This document shows positions 43,941-52,379 of a stretch of 64,000 nt of DNA, in pieces (positions within the stretch are counted from its first letter, which is position 1; each line of letters starts with the position of its first letter). A model generated the notes under the pieces. It was not told the origin of the DNA, did no database searches, and saw only the letters and a program-made list of their open reading frames with translations. Source of the stretch: Hyalangium minutum (GTDB taxonomy: Bacteria; Myxococcota; Myxococcia; Myxococcales; Myxococcaceae). Location of the stretch: assembly GCF_000737315.1 (NCBI RefSeq), contig NZ_JMCB01000009.1, positions 186,001 to 250,000 on the forward strand, given 5' to 3'. The position numbers and the translations under genes were made by a program.

Positions 43941-45041
43941 ATGAACCCTCTGCTGATTTCGAAGCTGTCCTCGAAGTGGAGTGCTTCTCGTTTCCGCGCC
44001 ACGGCGCTCCTGAGCGCGTGTGTGCTCTCCCTGGCCGTGGGCTGTGGGGAGGACGAGCCCGCCAAGCCCCTAGACAGAGGGGTACTCCTGGTGGGCAACA
44101 CGCGGGCCAACAACATCGTCTCCTTCGATGAGCAAACGGGCGAGTTCCTCGGGGACTTCGTGACCGCGGGGAGCGGAGACTTGGTGGCCCCGGACTCGCT
44201 GGTCATCGGTCCGGACGGCTCCCTGTATGTCGCCAGCGGGGACACCGCGCAGAACTCGGCCGTGCTGCGCTATGACGCGAAGACGGGCAAGTTCATCGAC
44301 CGGTTCGCTTCGGGCGGCGGCCTGATCCGTCCGTACGGCGTGGCGTTTGGCCCGGACCAGCGGATGTACGTGAGCAGCTTCCTCACCGATCAGGTGCTGC
44401 GCTTCAACGCCCAGACGGGCGCCTTCGTGGACGTGTTCGCCACGGGCTCGGGACAGCCGGGCGGGCTCAACGGCCCCAATGCGCTGGTGTTCGGCCCGGA
44501 CGGCAAGCTGTACGTGAGCACCGAGGGCACCATCGCCGTCAACGGACAGCCGACCTTCCCGGGGCTGCCCAGCCAGGTGCTGCGCTATGACATCACCACA
44601 CGCCAGGGCGAGGTCTTCATCGATCAGCCAGCGCTGTCTCCGGCAGGCGCGGGCTACGTGAGCCTGCTCGGGCTGGTGTTCGGGCCCGACTGCGGCACCC
44701 CGAGCGGCGCGTGCGATCTCTTCGTCAGCGACTTCGCCAACGACATCCGCCGGTATGACCTGGGCACGCGGGCGCTCGAGGCGACCCTGTCCACCAACTA
44801 CTCCGGCACCGTGCCCACGAAGAACAACCTGGGCAGCCTGACGTTCGGCGCGGATTTCAACCTGTTCACCGTGGGCTTCGACAACACACCCGAGGGACAG
44901 GCAAAGGGCGCCATTCTGCGCTTCGACGGCAAAGGGAACACGCCGAACCCGCTGGCGGGCCAGGCGGGCGCGCTGTTCGTGCCCCCCGAGGAGCACCTGG
45001 TCCGTCCGATCGGCATCCTCTACACGCGCCTCCCGAAGTAA
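43941..45041 (+). CDS. Beta-propeller (NHL/Vgb-like) lipoprotein
   Basis: Lipobox AVGC; repeated FGPDG.LYVS...VLRYD units. Confidence 0.8.
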   Translation: MNPLLISKLSSKWSASRFRATALLSACVLSLAVGCGEDEPAKPLDRGVLLVGNTRANNIVSFDEQTGEFLGDFVTAGSGDLVAPDSLVIGPDGSLYVASGDTAQNSAVLRYDAKTGKFIDRFASGGGLIRPYGVAFGPDQRMYVSSFLTDQVLRFNAQTGAFVDVFATGSGQPGGLNGPNALVFGPDGKLYVSTEGTIAVNGQPTFPGLPSQVLRYDITTRQGEVFIDQPALSPAGAGYVSLLGLVFGPDCGTPSGACDLFVSDFANDIRRYDLGTRALEATLSTNYSGTVPTKNNLGSLTFGADFNLFTVGFDNTPEGQAKGAILRFDGKGNTPNPLAGQAGALFVPPEEHLVRPIGILYTRLPK

Positions 45042-45282
45042 CCGGCGGCAGCGGTCTCGCTACAACTCCTTCACCTTCTTGGCCTGCGCCTTCAGTTCCT
45101 TCAACCACCCCAGGTGTGGGAAGAGGCTGGTGAACACGTAGCCGTTCTCCTGCTTCTTGTAGACGTAGGTATCCGTCCGGTCAGTGACGTGCTGACGGGC
45201 TTGAGGACGGACCGGTGCTGTGCTCGGCGAGGATCGCGAGCTCGAGTCGAACGAGGGGCGTTGAGGCTGGAGCGGAGCGCGA

Positions 45283-46779
45283 TCAGGACGAGTCGACGTC
45301 CCGCGGCTTCCACAGGTGAGGCAGCAGCTCGTCGATGCGCGAGTGAGGGTGAGTCTGCACGCGCAGCAGCACGTCAGCCAGGTACAGCTCGGGGTTGAGG
45401 CCGTTGGCCTCACAGGTGGCCACCAGCGCGTACAGGCCCGCGAGGTTGGCCCCGGCCTGTTCGTGCCCGACGAAGAGGAAGTTCTTTCGGCCCAGCGCGG
45501 CCTTTCGCAGGGCTCCTTCAGAGCGGTTGTTATCCAGAGGCAGGCGCTCGTCCTGGGTGAAGTGGCCCAGCGCCAGCCACTGGTTGAGCGCATAGCGGAT
45601 GGCCTGCCCCAGAGGGCTCTTGGGCGGGTGCTGCGTGCGCTGGACTTGAAGCCACTCGTGTAGCCTCATGAGCACCGGGGAACTCATCTGTTGCCGCAGG
45701 GCACGGTGGGCCGCGGTGCGCACAATCCCGGCCTGCACGGCCTGGGCCTCCACGCGGTAGAGCGCGAGGATGAGGTCCAACGCTTGCTGCGCCTCGGGCG
45801 CGGTGGCCAGCGCGTCGAAAAACTTCCTGCGGACGTGGGCCCAACAGCCCACACGCACCCGCCCCCCCGGCAGTGTCACCGGGTTGTAGCCGGTGTACGC
45901 ATCCACCACGAGCGCGCCCTCGGTGCCGCCCAGCACCTGCTGAGGTGTCTTGCCCGAGCGGCCCATGCTGAAGCGGTAGCCGATGAGCCACTGTCCCTGC
46001 TCATTCTGGGTGAGAAAGGTCCACAGGTAGCCCAGCTTCGTCTTCTTCACCTGAAGCACGCGCACCGGCGTCTCATCGGCCCACACTACGGGGGCCTGGC
46101 TGATGAGCAGCAGCAGACGCGCGGCCAGCGGAGCCACCACCTCGGCGGCGCGATGGAACAAGTCCGTCAGCGTGCTGCGGCTCATGGGCACACCTCCTCG
46201 TTCCACGCGCTGGGCCAGCCGATGCAGGGGCATGGCGTCGGCACACTTGGAGGCCACCACGTGCGCGATGAAGCCGGGGCCGTACTCCCCCTTGTCCACC
46301 ACCTTGGGCGGCGGAGGCGCCGTCACCACGCCTTGCCCGCACGCGCACGCAAGCACCTGTTGCACGTGCACCTGCCGCTCGAAGCGCGGCGGAATGTATT
46401 CGTACAGGACGCTGGTGCGGCCCTGTCCCAGAGGCTTCAACTCGTGGCTGCCGCAGCAAGGACACTGGCGCTGCTGCTCGGACACCGCGTGGTGCACCTG
46501 TCGAGTCACAGCCCCGTCCGCCCTGCGGGCCGCGCGCTGCCTTCTGTTCTCCAGGGCCGCCTGGGCTCTGGCTGCAGCCTCCTGCTCAGACTGCTCGCCC
46601 CGCAGCTGCTGCTGCACACCTGGCAGCCGCTCGGCTTTCTTTCCGAACACATGCCGCTCCAAGGCGGCCATCTTCGCCTCGAGCGTGGTGAGCCGCTCGC
46701 GCAGCTCCTCGGCCTCTTCTCTCCAGGGGCAGAAATGGTCTAACGGCAGCTCTCGGGGCACCGGCTTCCAACAACCCAC
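45283..46779 (-). CDS. tnpC: IS66 transposase TnpC
   Basis: FGKKAER, CPCCG zinc finger, WADETP, VDAY, CWAHVRRKF, DNNRSE, LVATCEANG. Confidence 0.95.
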   Translation of the reverse strand: MGCWKPVPRELPLDHFCPWREEAEELRERLTTLEAKMAALERHVFGKKAERLPGVQQQLRGEQSEQEAAARAQAALENRRQRAARRADGAVTRQVHHAVSEQQRQCPCCGSHELKPLGQGRTSVLYEYIPPRFERQVHVQQVLACACGQGVVTAPPPPKVVDKGEYGPGFIAHVVASKCADAMPLHRLAQRVERGGVPMSRSTLTDLFHRAAEVVAPLAARLLLLISQAPVVWADETPVRVLQVKKTKLGYLWTFLTQNEQGQWLIGYRFSMGRSGKTPQQVLGGTEGALVVDAYTGYNPVTLPGGRVRVGCWAHVRRKFFDALATAPEAQQALDLILALYRVEAQAVQAGIVRTAAHRALRQQMSSPVLMRLHEWLQVQRTQHPPKSPLGQAIRYALNQWLALGHFTQDERLPLDNNRSEGALRKAALGRKNFLFVGHEQAGANLAGLYALVATCEANGLNPELYLADVLLRVQTHPHSRIDELLPHLWKPRDVDSS

Positions 46780-46804
46780 CGGGTAGGCGCACTTCCCTCC
46801 TACT

Positions 46805-47173
46805 TCACGAGGCGGCTGTGCGGTTGGGGGGCTCCCAGGCAGCGGGCCGTTTCACCTCCGCCACATCGATACCATCCAGCACCATCGCCAGCTGCGTGGC
46901 ATCCAGCCTCACAGACTGCGCATCCGCCTCCACCGGCGGCAGCCGGAACCGGCCTTGCTCCAGGCGCTTGTAGTACAGGATGAAGCCGCCCCGGCTGAAG
47001 GTGAGAATCTTTACCCGGTCCCCCCTCCGACTGACGAAGACAAACAGATGCCCGGAGTAGACGTCCTCGCCAAAGCTGGAGCGCACCACCGCCATCAGTC
47101 CGTCGATGGACTTGCGCATGTCCACCGGCTCGGTGGCCAATACAATGCGCACCGCCGAGGGCAGCGTCAGCAC
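46805..47173 (-). CDS. tnpB: IS66 accessory protein TnpB
   Basis: PVDMRKSIDGL, LFVF.SRRGDRVKIL, YKRLEQGRF; GTG start overlapping the tnpA stop. Confidence 0.93.
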   Translation of the reverse strand: MLTLPSAVRIVLATEPVDMRKSIDGLMAVVRSSFGEDVYSGHLFVFVSRRGDRVKILTFSRGGFILYYKRLEQGRFRLPPVEADAQSVRLDATQLAMVLDGIDVAEVKRPAAWEPPNRTAAS

Positions 47174-47496
47174 GAGCCACCACGCTCCAGCGCCGCCACC
47201 AACTGCGCCACGTAGGATACGTCCGTGCCCATCGTGAAGCTCACGCGCACGCCCCTGGCGGTGAGCACCTCCATCTTCCCCGCGCTGCTCATGGCCGGCG
47301 CGGCCACCTCCACCGGCAGCAGGCGCACAGGCGGTGCACTGGGCGCGGCCACTTGGCGCCTCCGCCGGTAAACCCACGACTGCACGGTACTCAGCGGCAG
47401 CCCTTGCTGCTGGGCGAACTGCTTCTGCGTCAGTCCGCTCTGCTCAAACTGCTCGGCGATGCGGACCCACTGCGGCTTGTCGGCTGGCTTGGTCAT
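47167..47496 (-). CDS. tnpA: IS66 accessory protein TnpA (HTH)
   Basis: W..IAEQFEQSGLTQKQFAQQQG...W..R pattern. Confidence 0.88.
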   Translation of the reverse strand: MTKPADKPQWVRIAEQFEQSGLTQKQFAQQQGLPLSTVQSWVYRRRRQVAAPSAPPVRLLPVEVAAPAMSSAGKMEVLTARGVRVSFTMGTDVSYVAQLVAALERGGSC

Positions 47497-47924
47497 GGGT
47501 CCAGGGGTGTCCCACCTCGCTCAACTCAACAAGGTCTCTCAGCACGTCGTCCGCCGGACGGATACAGACGTAGCCCGTCACCTTGGCCCGCTTCGCGCAC
47601 GTCGAAGTGTCCACGCTGTCAGGAGATTTGCCGGTCACGCACACGCAGTGGCCGGCTGTCAGGACAAGATTCGGCTCCAACAGGACGCCACTGCAGAAGG
47701 CATACGGTGAGCCTTCGCTCTCGACAATGAGCGTGGACAGGTAGCGGTTCTCCGTGTCCTCTTGAGCGTTCAACATGAAGAACTGCGTGTCACGAGGCCA
47801 CGTGCCAGACCGAGTGCGTGAGGCCTGTTCATCATCCGCAGGGAATTCGCCCGAAGCCTGTGCTGCGCATCCCAGGCCTACACCCAGGACGCCCAGCAGT
47901 GCCCACAAACGCATGCCTCTGCTC

Positions 47925-49127
47925 TCACGGTGCGGCATCGAGCACTCTTCCCCTCGGAGCCATTGGCGGAGTTGCTGACGACTCAGCAACCCCCGTCACC
48001 CTGGCCCGCTCAAGTTCCGAGTTCAGCCAGTCCCGGAAGAAGAAGGTGCTGGTGAATGACAGTCCCTCTTTTGTGCTCAAGCCCGAAATCCCCACCAGCC
48101 ACCGTCCCTCCCCCTCCTCCCGGAAGCACGGCCCACCGTCGAAGCCCTCGTAGAGAGAGGACCCCTGCTGTGCGTACAGCGCTCGAGGGTCCTCCGAAGT
48201 GGGAGCCCGCGTCACCTGACTCTTCTTGAAGTAGCGAGCCCCATGACGCCCCCCTACGACGCGATCATGGCCATAACCGGTCATCATGAGGGATTCCTGC
48301 GCCTGAACCTCGGAGTCAGGAAGCCGCACGTCCACGGCGGGAGGTCCCTCAGGTTGATCCAACAAGACCACTGCGAGATCAGCAGAGCTCGTTCTCGCGG
48401 CTCCCGCTTCATCCAAGAGAAGTTTGAAGCGGGGATGAGAACGGACCTGCCCCTCAAAGGAGCGAATCCGGAGGGTAGGCCTCTCTGGGTTCTCCGAGGC
48501 TTCGTAGGTGACGGTCGTCACACTGGCGCGTGCCGAGCAGTCAGTCCCGTCGATGAGCGTCCCCTGCCCTCCCTCCGGGAGAACCACCTGACGCCGTGGG
48601 CAAACACAGTGTGCCGCCGTGAGCGCAAGCCGGGGATGGAGGAGAATGCCGCTACAACCGCCATTCACACTCAAGCCCTGCGGGGCCACCATGACGGTGG
48701 ATGCGTATTGATTCGCACGGTCCAACGTTCCCGCATGATCGAGCAGGCGCCTGTCGAACGGCTGGAACTCCAGATTCCCGGGTGCCCCGCCGCCCCGCAT
48801 CTGTTGCTGCGCCTCGGAAGCTTCGGGCCCTGCGGGCCGCGCCGACGAGGCGCTAGAACGGCCGGGTTCAGCGGACGGGGGCGCATCCTTGGAACACCCG
48901 TGGCTCAAGGCCACGGCGCCCATCGTGAACACCGTGGGGAGAAGCCCGCTGCTCGTATGCCGCCAGTTCAAGTTCCTCCCCGAAGTGCCCTGGTCGCAGA
49001 CCCACATCGGTCCTTTCATCCTCTGTACGCTCGCTGAGGAGCATAGCAGACTCAGGGTGGACACCCCGTCGCGCTCTGCCGGTGCACGCGCGTGCGTGCA
49101 CCGGCTCCCCCTGAATGTCCGCGCCAA
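47925..49127 (-). CDS. Trypsin-like fold lipoprotein lacking the catalytic Ser
   Basis: CSGILL, TAAHC and ADLAV are present, but GFDGGP replaces GDSGGP; lipobox SHGC. True start is probably near 49007 or later. Confidence 0.75.
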   Translation of the reverse strand: MARTFRGSRCTHARAPAERDGVSTLSLLCSSASVQRMKGPMWVCDQGTSGRNLNWRHTSSGLLPTVFTMGAVALSHGCSKDAPPSAEPGRSSASSARPAGPEASEAQQQMRGGGAPGNLEFQPFDRRLLDHAGTLDRANQYASTVMVAPQGLSVNGGCSGILLHPRLALTAAHCVCPRRQVVLPEGGQGTLIDGTDCSARASVTTVTYEASENPERPTLRIRSFEGQVRSHPRFKLLLDEAGAARTSSADLAVVLLDQPEGPPAVDVRLPDSEVQAQESLMMTGYGHDRVVGGRHGARYFKKSQVTRAPTSEDPRALYAQQGSSLYEGFDGGPCFREEGEGRWLVGISGLSTKEGLSFTSTFFFRDWLNSELERARVTGVAESSATPPMAPRGRVLDAAP

Positions 49128-49708
49128 ACTCCCCTGCCCTGCATCCGTCGACGTGGACCGCCCTCAAGATGTCGGGGGTGCTTCAGAGCACCGAGCACGG
49201 GCTCATCCAGAACTTCTACGGCACACAGAGCGCCAAGCGCAGCCAGGTTCCCTTCATGAACCACATTCATGAAGGGCTGGCAGTCATGCTCTGCACCGGC
49301 GCATCGCTTCAGGCGATGCGAGCGTTCTGCCTGCACCCGCTCGTTCAGAGCGACGCGGATCTAAAGAGCCAGTACGCCCAGATCACCCGGGCGCTGGAGA
49401 CTGTTCCTGACGGGGCCTTCGTGTTGGGACTCGCCATGGAGTACCGCTCCGTGGCCAACGAGTACGTCTCGCATCGCCCCATGCCACCCGAAGGCATCCG
49501 GCTCTCCCCACTGGCGGAGGTCAACGCCATGCTGGTGGGTGACAAAGTTCAGAACCGCAAGGACTTCGAGCTGTACCACGCGGAGACGCACGAACGCCGC
49601 GATCGGCTCGCCGAGTACTTCCAGCAGTGGTGCCAAGCGTTGCAGATCGAGCCGCTCTACCCTCAGTTCAAGGCGATGCTACAGGGCGCGGAGTGGACGG
49701 GCTCGTGA
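49115..49708 (+). CDS. Hypothetical protein, possibly divergent HD-fold
   Basis: PFMNH...FCLHPLVQSD...DKVQNRKD loosely follows the SpoT/Mesh1 hydrolase pattern with HD replaced by HP. Confidence 0.5.
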   Translation: MSAPNSPALHPSTWTALKMSGVLQSTEHGLIQNFYGTQSAKRSQVPFMNHIHEGLAVMLCTGASLQAMRAFCLHPLVQSDADLKSQYAQITRALETVPDGAFVLGLAMEYRSVANEYVSHRPMPPEGIRLSPLAEVNAMLVGDKVQNRKDFELYHAETHERRDRLAEYFQQWCQALQIEPLYPQFKAMLQGAEWTGS

Positions 49709-49808
49709 GTGCAGGCTGCGTGTTGCCGAACCCAGTTCCTCGTAAATGGGCACCCAAGAGCGGAAGATGCTGACGAACGCCTCGGCACGGCCGTACCAAG
49801 AAGAGTCG

Positions 49809-50525
49809 ATGAGCCGCTACTACTGGATCCGTGAGGCGCGGGAGCCTCGGCAGACCGGCCACCTCGACGCCTCCCACCCGTGGGGGTTGCCGGGTCTGAG
49901 CTGTCCCACCTGTGGCGTGACCTGGGCTGGAAGCGCTTCGGCTTTCCCCAGCGTGGATCTCACGTCACTGCCCGAGCGCGCCGCGTTCGAGAAAGCCCAG
50001 CCGGAGCCCCTCGATGAATTCGCGCGCCGGCGGGAGTTGGTCCGTCCGCTGGTGCCGCCCGGCGCGCAGCTTTTGCCAGGAGTGGAGTTTGGTCCGTTGG
50101 AAGGAACGGCTTCTGGCTCTTTTGGCCAGTTCTTCCTTCAGAGCGCATGGATGCCGCTCATCCGCCGAGAAGCATGGGAGCGCCTTCAGTCGGCAGGGTT
50201 GCGAGGGCTGCGAGCGTTTCCCACCCGGCTTCGCTTTCGTCAAAAGAACCCGCCGGAGTTGCTTGAACTGGAACTGACCGCGCAGGGAAACCTTCACCCG
50301 GATTGCTTCTTGCCAGAGTTCCCCACGCGCTGTGCGCACTGCGACCGCCTCGGCGCCCGCCGTCCAGAGATTATGATCCTGGAGGCAGCCTCTTTGCCTG
50401 ATCAATGCGATTTGTTCCGGCTGGCCGACTTCGAGACAACTCTGATCGGCACGGAGCGCTTCATGAATACCGTGCGGCGTTTAGGGCTGGATGGTGCCGA
50501 ATGCGATGCTCTTACCGTGCGGTGA
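49809..50525 (+). CDS. Double-CXXCG motif protein (SitI6-type immunity), orphan
   Basis: HPWGLPGLSCPTCG and CAHCDRLG, DLFRLADF; no cognate toxin adjacent. Confidence 0.8.
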   Translation: MSRYYWIREAREPRQTGHLDASHPWGLPGLSCPTCGVTWAGSASAFPSVDLTSLPERAAFEKAQPEPLDEFARRRELVRPLVPPGAQLLPGVEFGPLEGTASGSFGQFFLQSAWMPLIRREAWERLQSAGLRGLRAFPTRLRFRQKNPPELLELELTAQGNLHPDCFLPEFPTRCAHCDRLGARRPEIMILEAASLPDQCDLFRLADFETTLIGTERFMNTVRRLGLDGAECDALTVR

Positions 50526-50731
50526 CCCTAGAGTCCGGAGCGCCTGTGGAGGTTCGACATCTGCTCCGTGCAGTCTTGCAGGTGAGGAAGCAAGAACCTA
50601 CTACTCCTGACCGAGAGCAGGGATCCAGCGCCATCCCCATCCCACCTGACCGCCTGTTCAGATAACACCTACGGGCTTCCTTGTCTTAGGAAGAGCTATC
50701 GTTTCAAGCGTCTCGAAAGGACGGCGCGACG

Positions 50732-51949
50732 ATGGCAACCCACTCCCCAAAGCGTGCACCCCAGCTCAAAGGCATCTCAACCGATAGCGCGCCGCAGGAG
50801 CCTCCTCCTCGCGATTACGTCGAGTACTTCAAATCAATTAACCTTGTCCTTGGACCACGCCTCGGTGTTGGCGGCTCGGGTAACGTCTACCGGGCTACCC
50901 AGACGCGCCTGAGGCGAGATCTTGCAATCAAACTCTTCGATCACCAAAGGTTCCGCGCAGATCCCAATGGCAGGAAGCGATTCGAGCACGAGGCACGTAT
51001 GCTCGCCATCGCTCAACACCCTTCCATCCCTTTCGTGATCTCGTCTGGCGACATGCCCATGCGTGGCGAAGCGCCAATACCCTACATCATCATGCAGTTC
51101 ATTGATGGTACCAGTCTGGAGACAGTAGTCGAAAAAAGCCGAACTGCTCCGCAACTCGCAGCCTCCTACATGAAGCAGGTTCTAGCTGCCTTGTCTTGCG
51201 CTCATTCGCACCGCCTCGTGCATCGAGACGTTAAGCCAGCTAACATTCTCCTCTCGAAAGACGGGCACTGCTATCTCATCGACTTTTCGATAGGAGTGAG
51301 TTTAGGTGTCATCCCCGGACTAACACGAATCACTGGAGAAGGGCGACACCCTGCCACATGGCGGTACGCATCTCCGGAACAGATAGAAGGGCGCGATGTC
51401 GATCACCGCACTGACCTTTATTCTGCCGGACTCGTCCTTTTTGAACTGCTTGCAGGCCGCCGCATCTCAATGCCCGAGGTTCCTGCTGCTGACATGTTGC
51501 AACTACCTCCTGTTGCCAAGGAACTACTCCGTAAAGCGTGCCATTCCGATCCTGCACAACGCTTTCAGACTGCTAAGGAATTCCTTGGAGCGTTGAACCG
51601 CCTAGAGGCACCTGGCATCAGTCGATCGGAGCCTCGAGACGCGCTTTGCCTTAACCTTACATGTGCTACTTGGGACCAGTTTACAGGCGAATATGAGAAT
51701 CCCCTAGTTGTAGAGGCAACCACCAAATCGTTCTGCAAGGATTGCAGATCTCCTTTAGTCTATCCTTGCGCACAATGCGGCGCAGAATACGACAATGCTC
51801 CTTTCTGCGCAGACTGCGGGCACCAGCACTACACCATTCCCAGTTGCGCAAAGTGCGGCAATCGCCTCACCTTTTTGGATGCCAATAAAAACACAATTCT
51901 CGCTGGGTGCTCTAGGTGCCCATCCTCTGAAGATGATATTCCCTTCTGA
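50732..51949 (+). CDS. Ser/Thr protein kinase with C-terminal multi-zinc-ribbon and EDDIPF tail; AT-rich
   Basis: GVGGSG, AIK, HRDVKPANI, DFS, ASPEQ, DLYSAG; six CxxC-type motifs; many A/T-ending codons. Confidence 0.88.
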   Translation: MATHSPKRAPQLKGISTDSAPQEPPPRDYVEYFKSINLVLGPRLGVGGSGNVYRATQTRLRRDLAIKLFDHQRFRADPNGRKRFEHEARMLAIAQHPSIPFVISSGDMPMRGEAPIPYIIMQFIDGTSLETVVEKSRTAPQLAASYMKQVLAALSCAHSHRLVHRDVKPANILLSKDGHCYLIDFSIGVSLGVIPGLTRITGEGRHPATWRYASPEQIEGRDVDHRTDLYSAGLVLFELLAGRRISMPEVPAADMLQLPPVAKELLRKACHSDPAQRFQTAKEFLGALNRLEAPGISRSEPRDALCLNLTCATWDQFTGEYENPLVVEATTKSFCKDCRSPLVYPCAQCGAEYDNAPFCADCGHQHYTIPSCAKCGNRLTFLDANKNTILAGCSRCPSSEDDIPF

Positions 51950-51959
51950 TTATCAGTCC

Positions 51960-52260
51960 GCGGGGAGTTCACATCCACAAGGACGCGATCGCTGTCAGAC
52001 AAATCAGCAATGACATACCAAGATCCAGATCCACCCATGTGTCCGAATTTCGCATATATGCGGGCTCTTTGGATCTAGGACAATCCGCGAAATATTTGAC
52101 TTGGAAGAGCCGCTCCATTGCTGTGCAAAAAGAATGCACACATTTCCAGTTCTAGACGCCATTTTTGCTGCTTCTCAAAAGCCTCAATCTCTTCAGGAGC
52201 AACGGAAGCATTGGGAAAGTGATGGGAGGAGAGTTCCTTCAACAAGGGCTCGATTGACAT
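51960..52260 (-). pseudogene. SMI1/KNR4-family immunity gene remnant
   Basis: MSIEPLLKELSSHHFPN...EEIEAFE...FFLHSNGA in one frame and GSWYVIADLSDSDRVLVDV in another. Frameshifted and truncated next to the kinase 3' end; downstream boundary approximate. Confidence 0.6.
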
Positions 52261-52379
52261 AGGTTTCAGCCCGCAGATGCCCAATTAGCCACGAACCCTT
52301 GTCCACAGAAAAGGGACTTCCCGGAAGGGTGGCAAATCCCGCAAGGTGCGCGGATCACCTCCGCCCCGGGAAGGTTCCC

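Larger units (their letters stand above)
45169..47565 (-). mobile_element. IS66-family insertion sequence, apparently intact
   Basis: Terminal IRs GTATCCGTCCGG-N5-GACGTGCTGA (22/27 match); perfect 8-bp TSD AGACGTAG at 45161-45168 and 47566-47573; tnpA-tnpB-tnpC order. Confidence 0.96.
45060..47914 (-). pseudogene. Trypsin-like serine protease lipoprotein, interrupted by IS66 and internally deleted
   Basis: 5' part 47914-47566 (lipobox GLGC, CSGVLL, TAGHC) rejoins in frame to 45160-45060 (YKKQENGYVFTSLFPHLGWLKEL...) when the IS and one TSD copy are removed. The product lacks the Asp and GDSGG segments. Confidence 0.8.
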
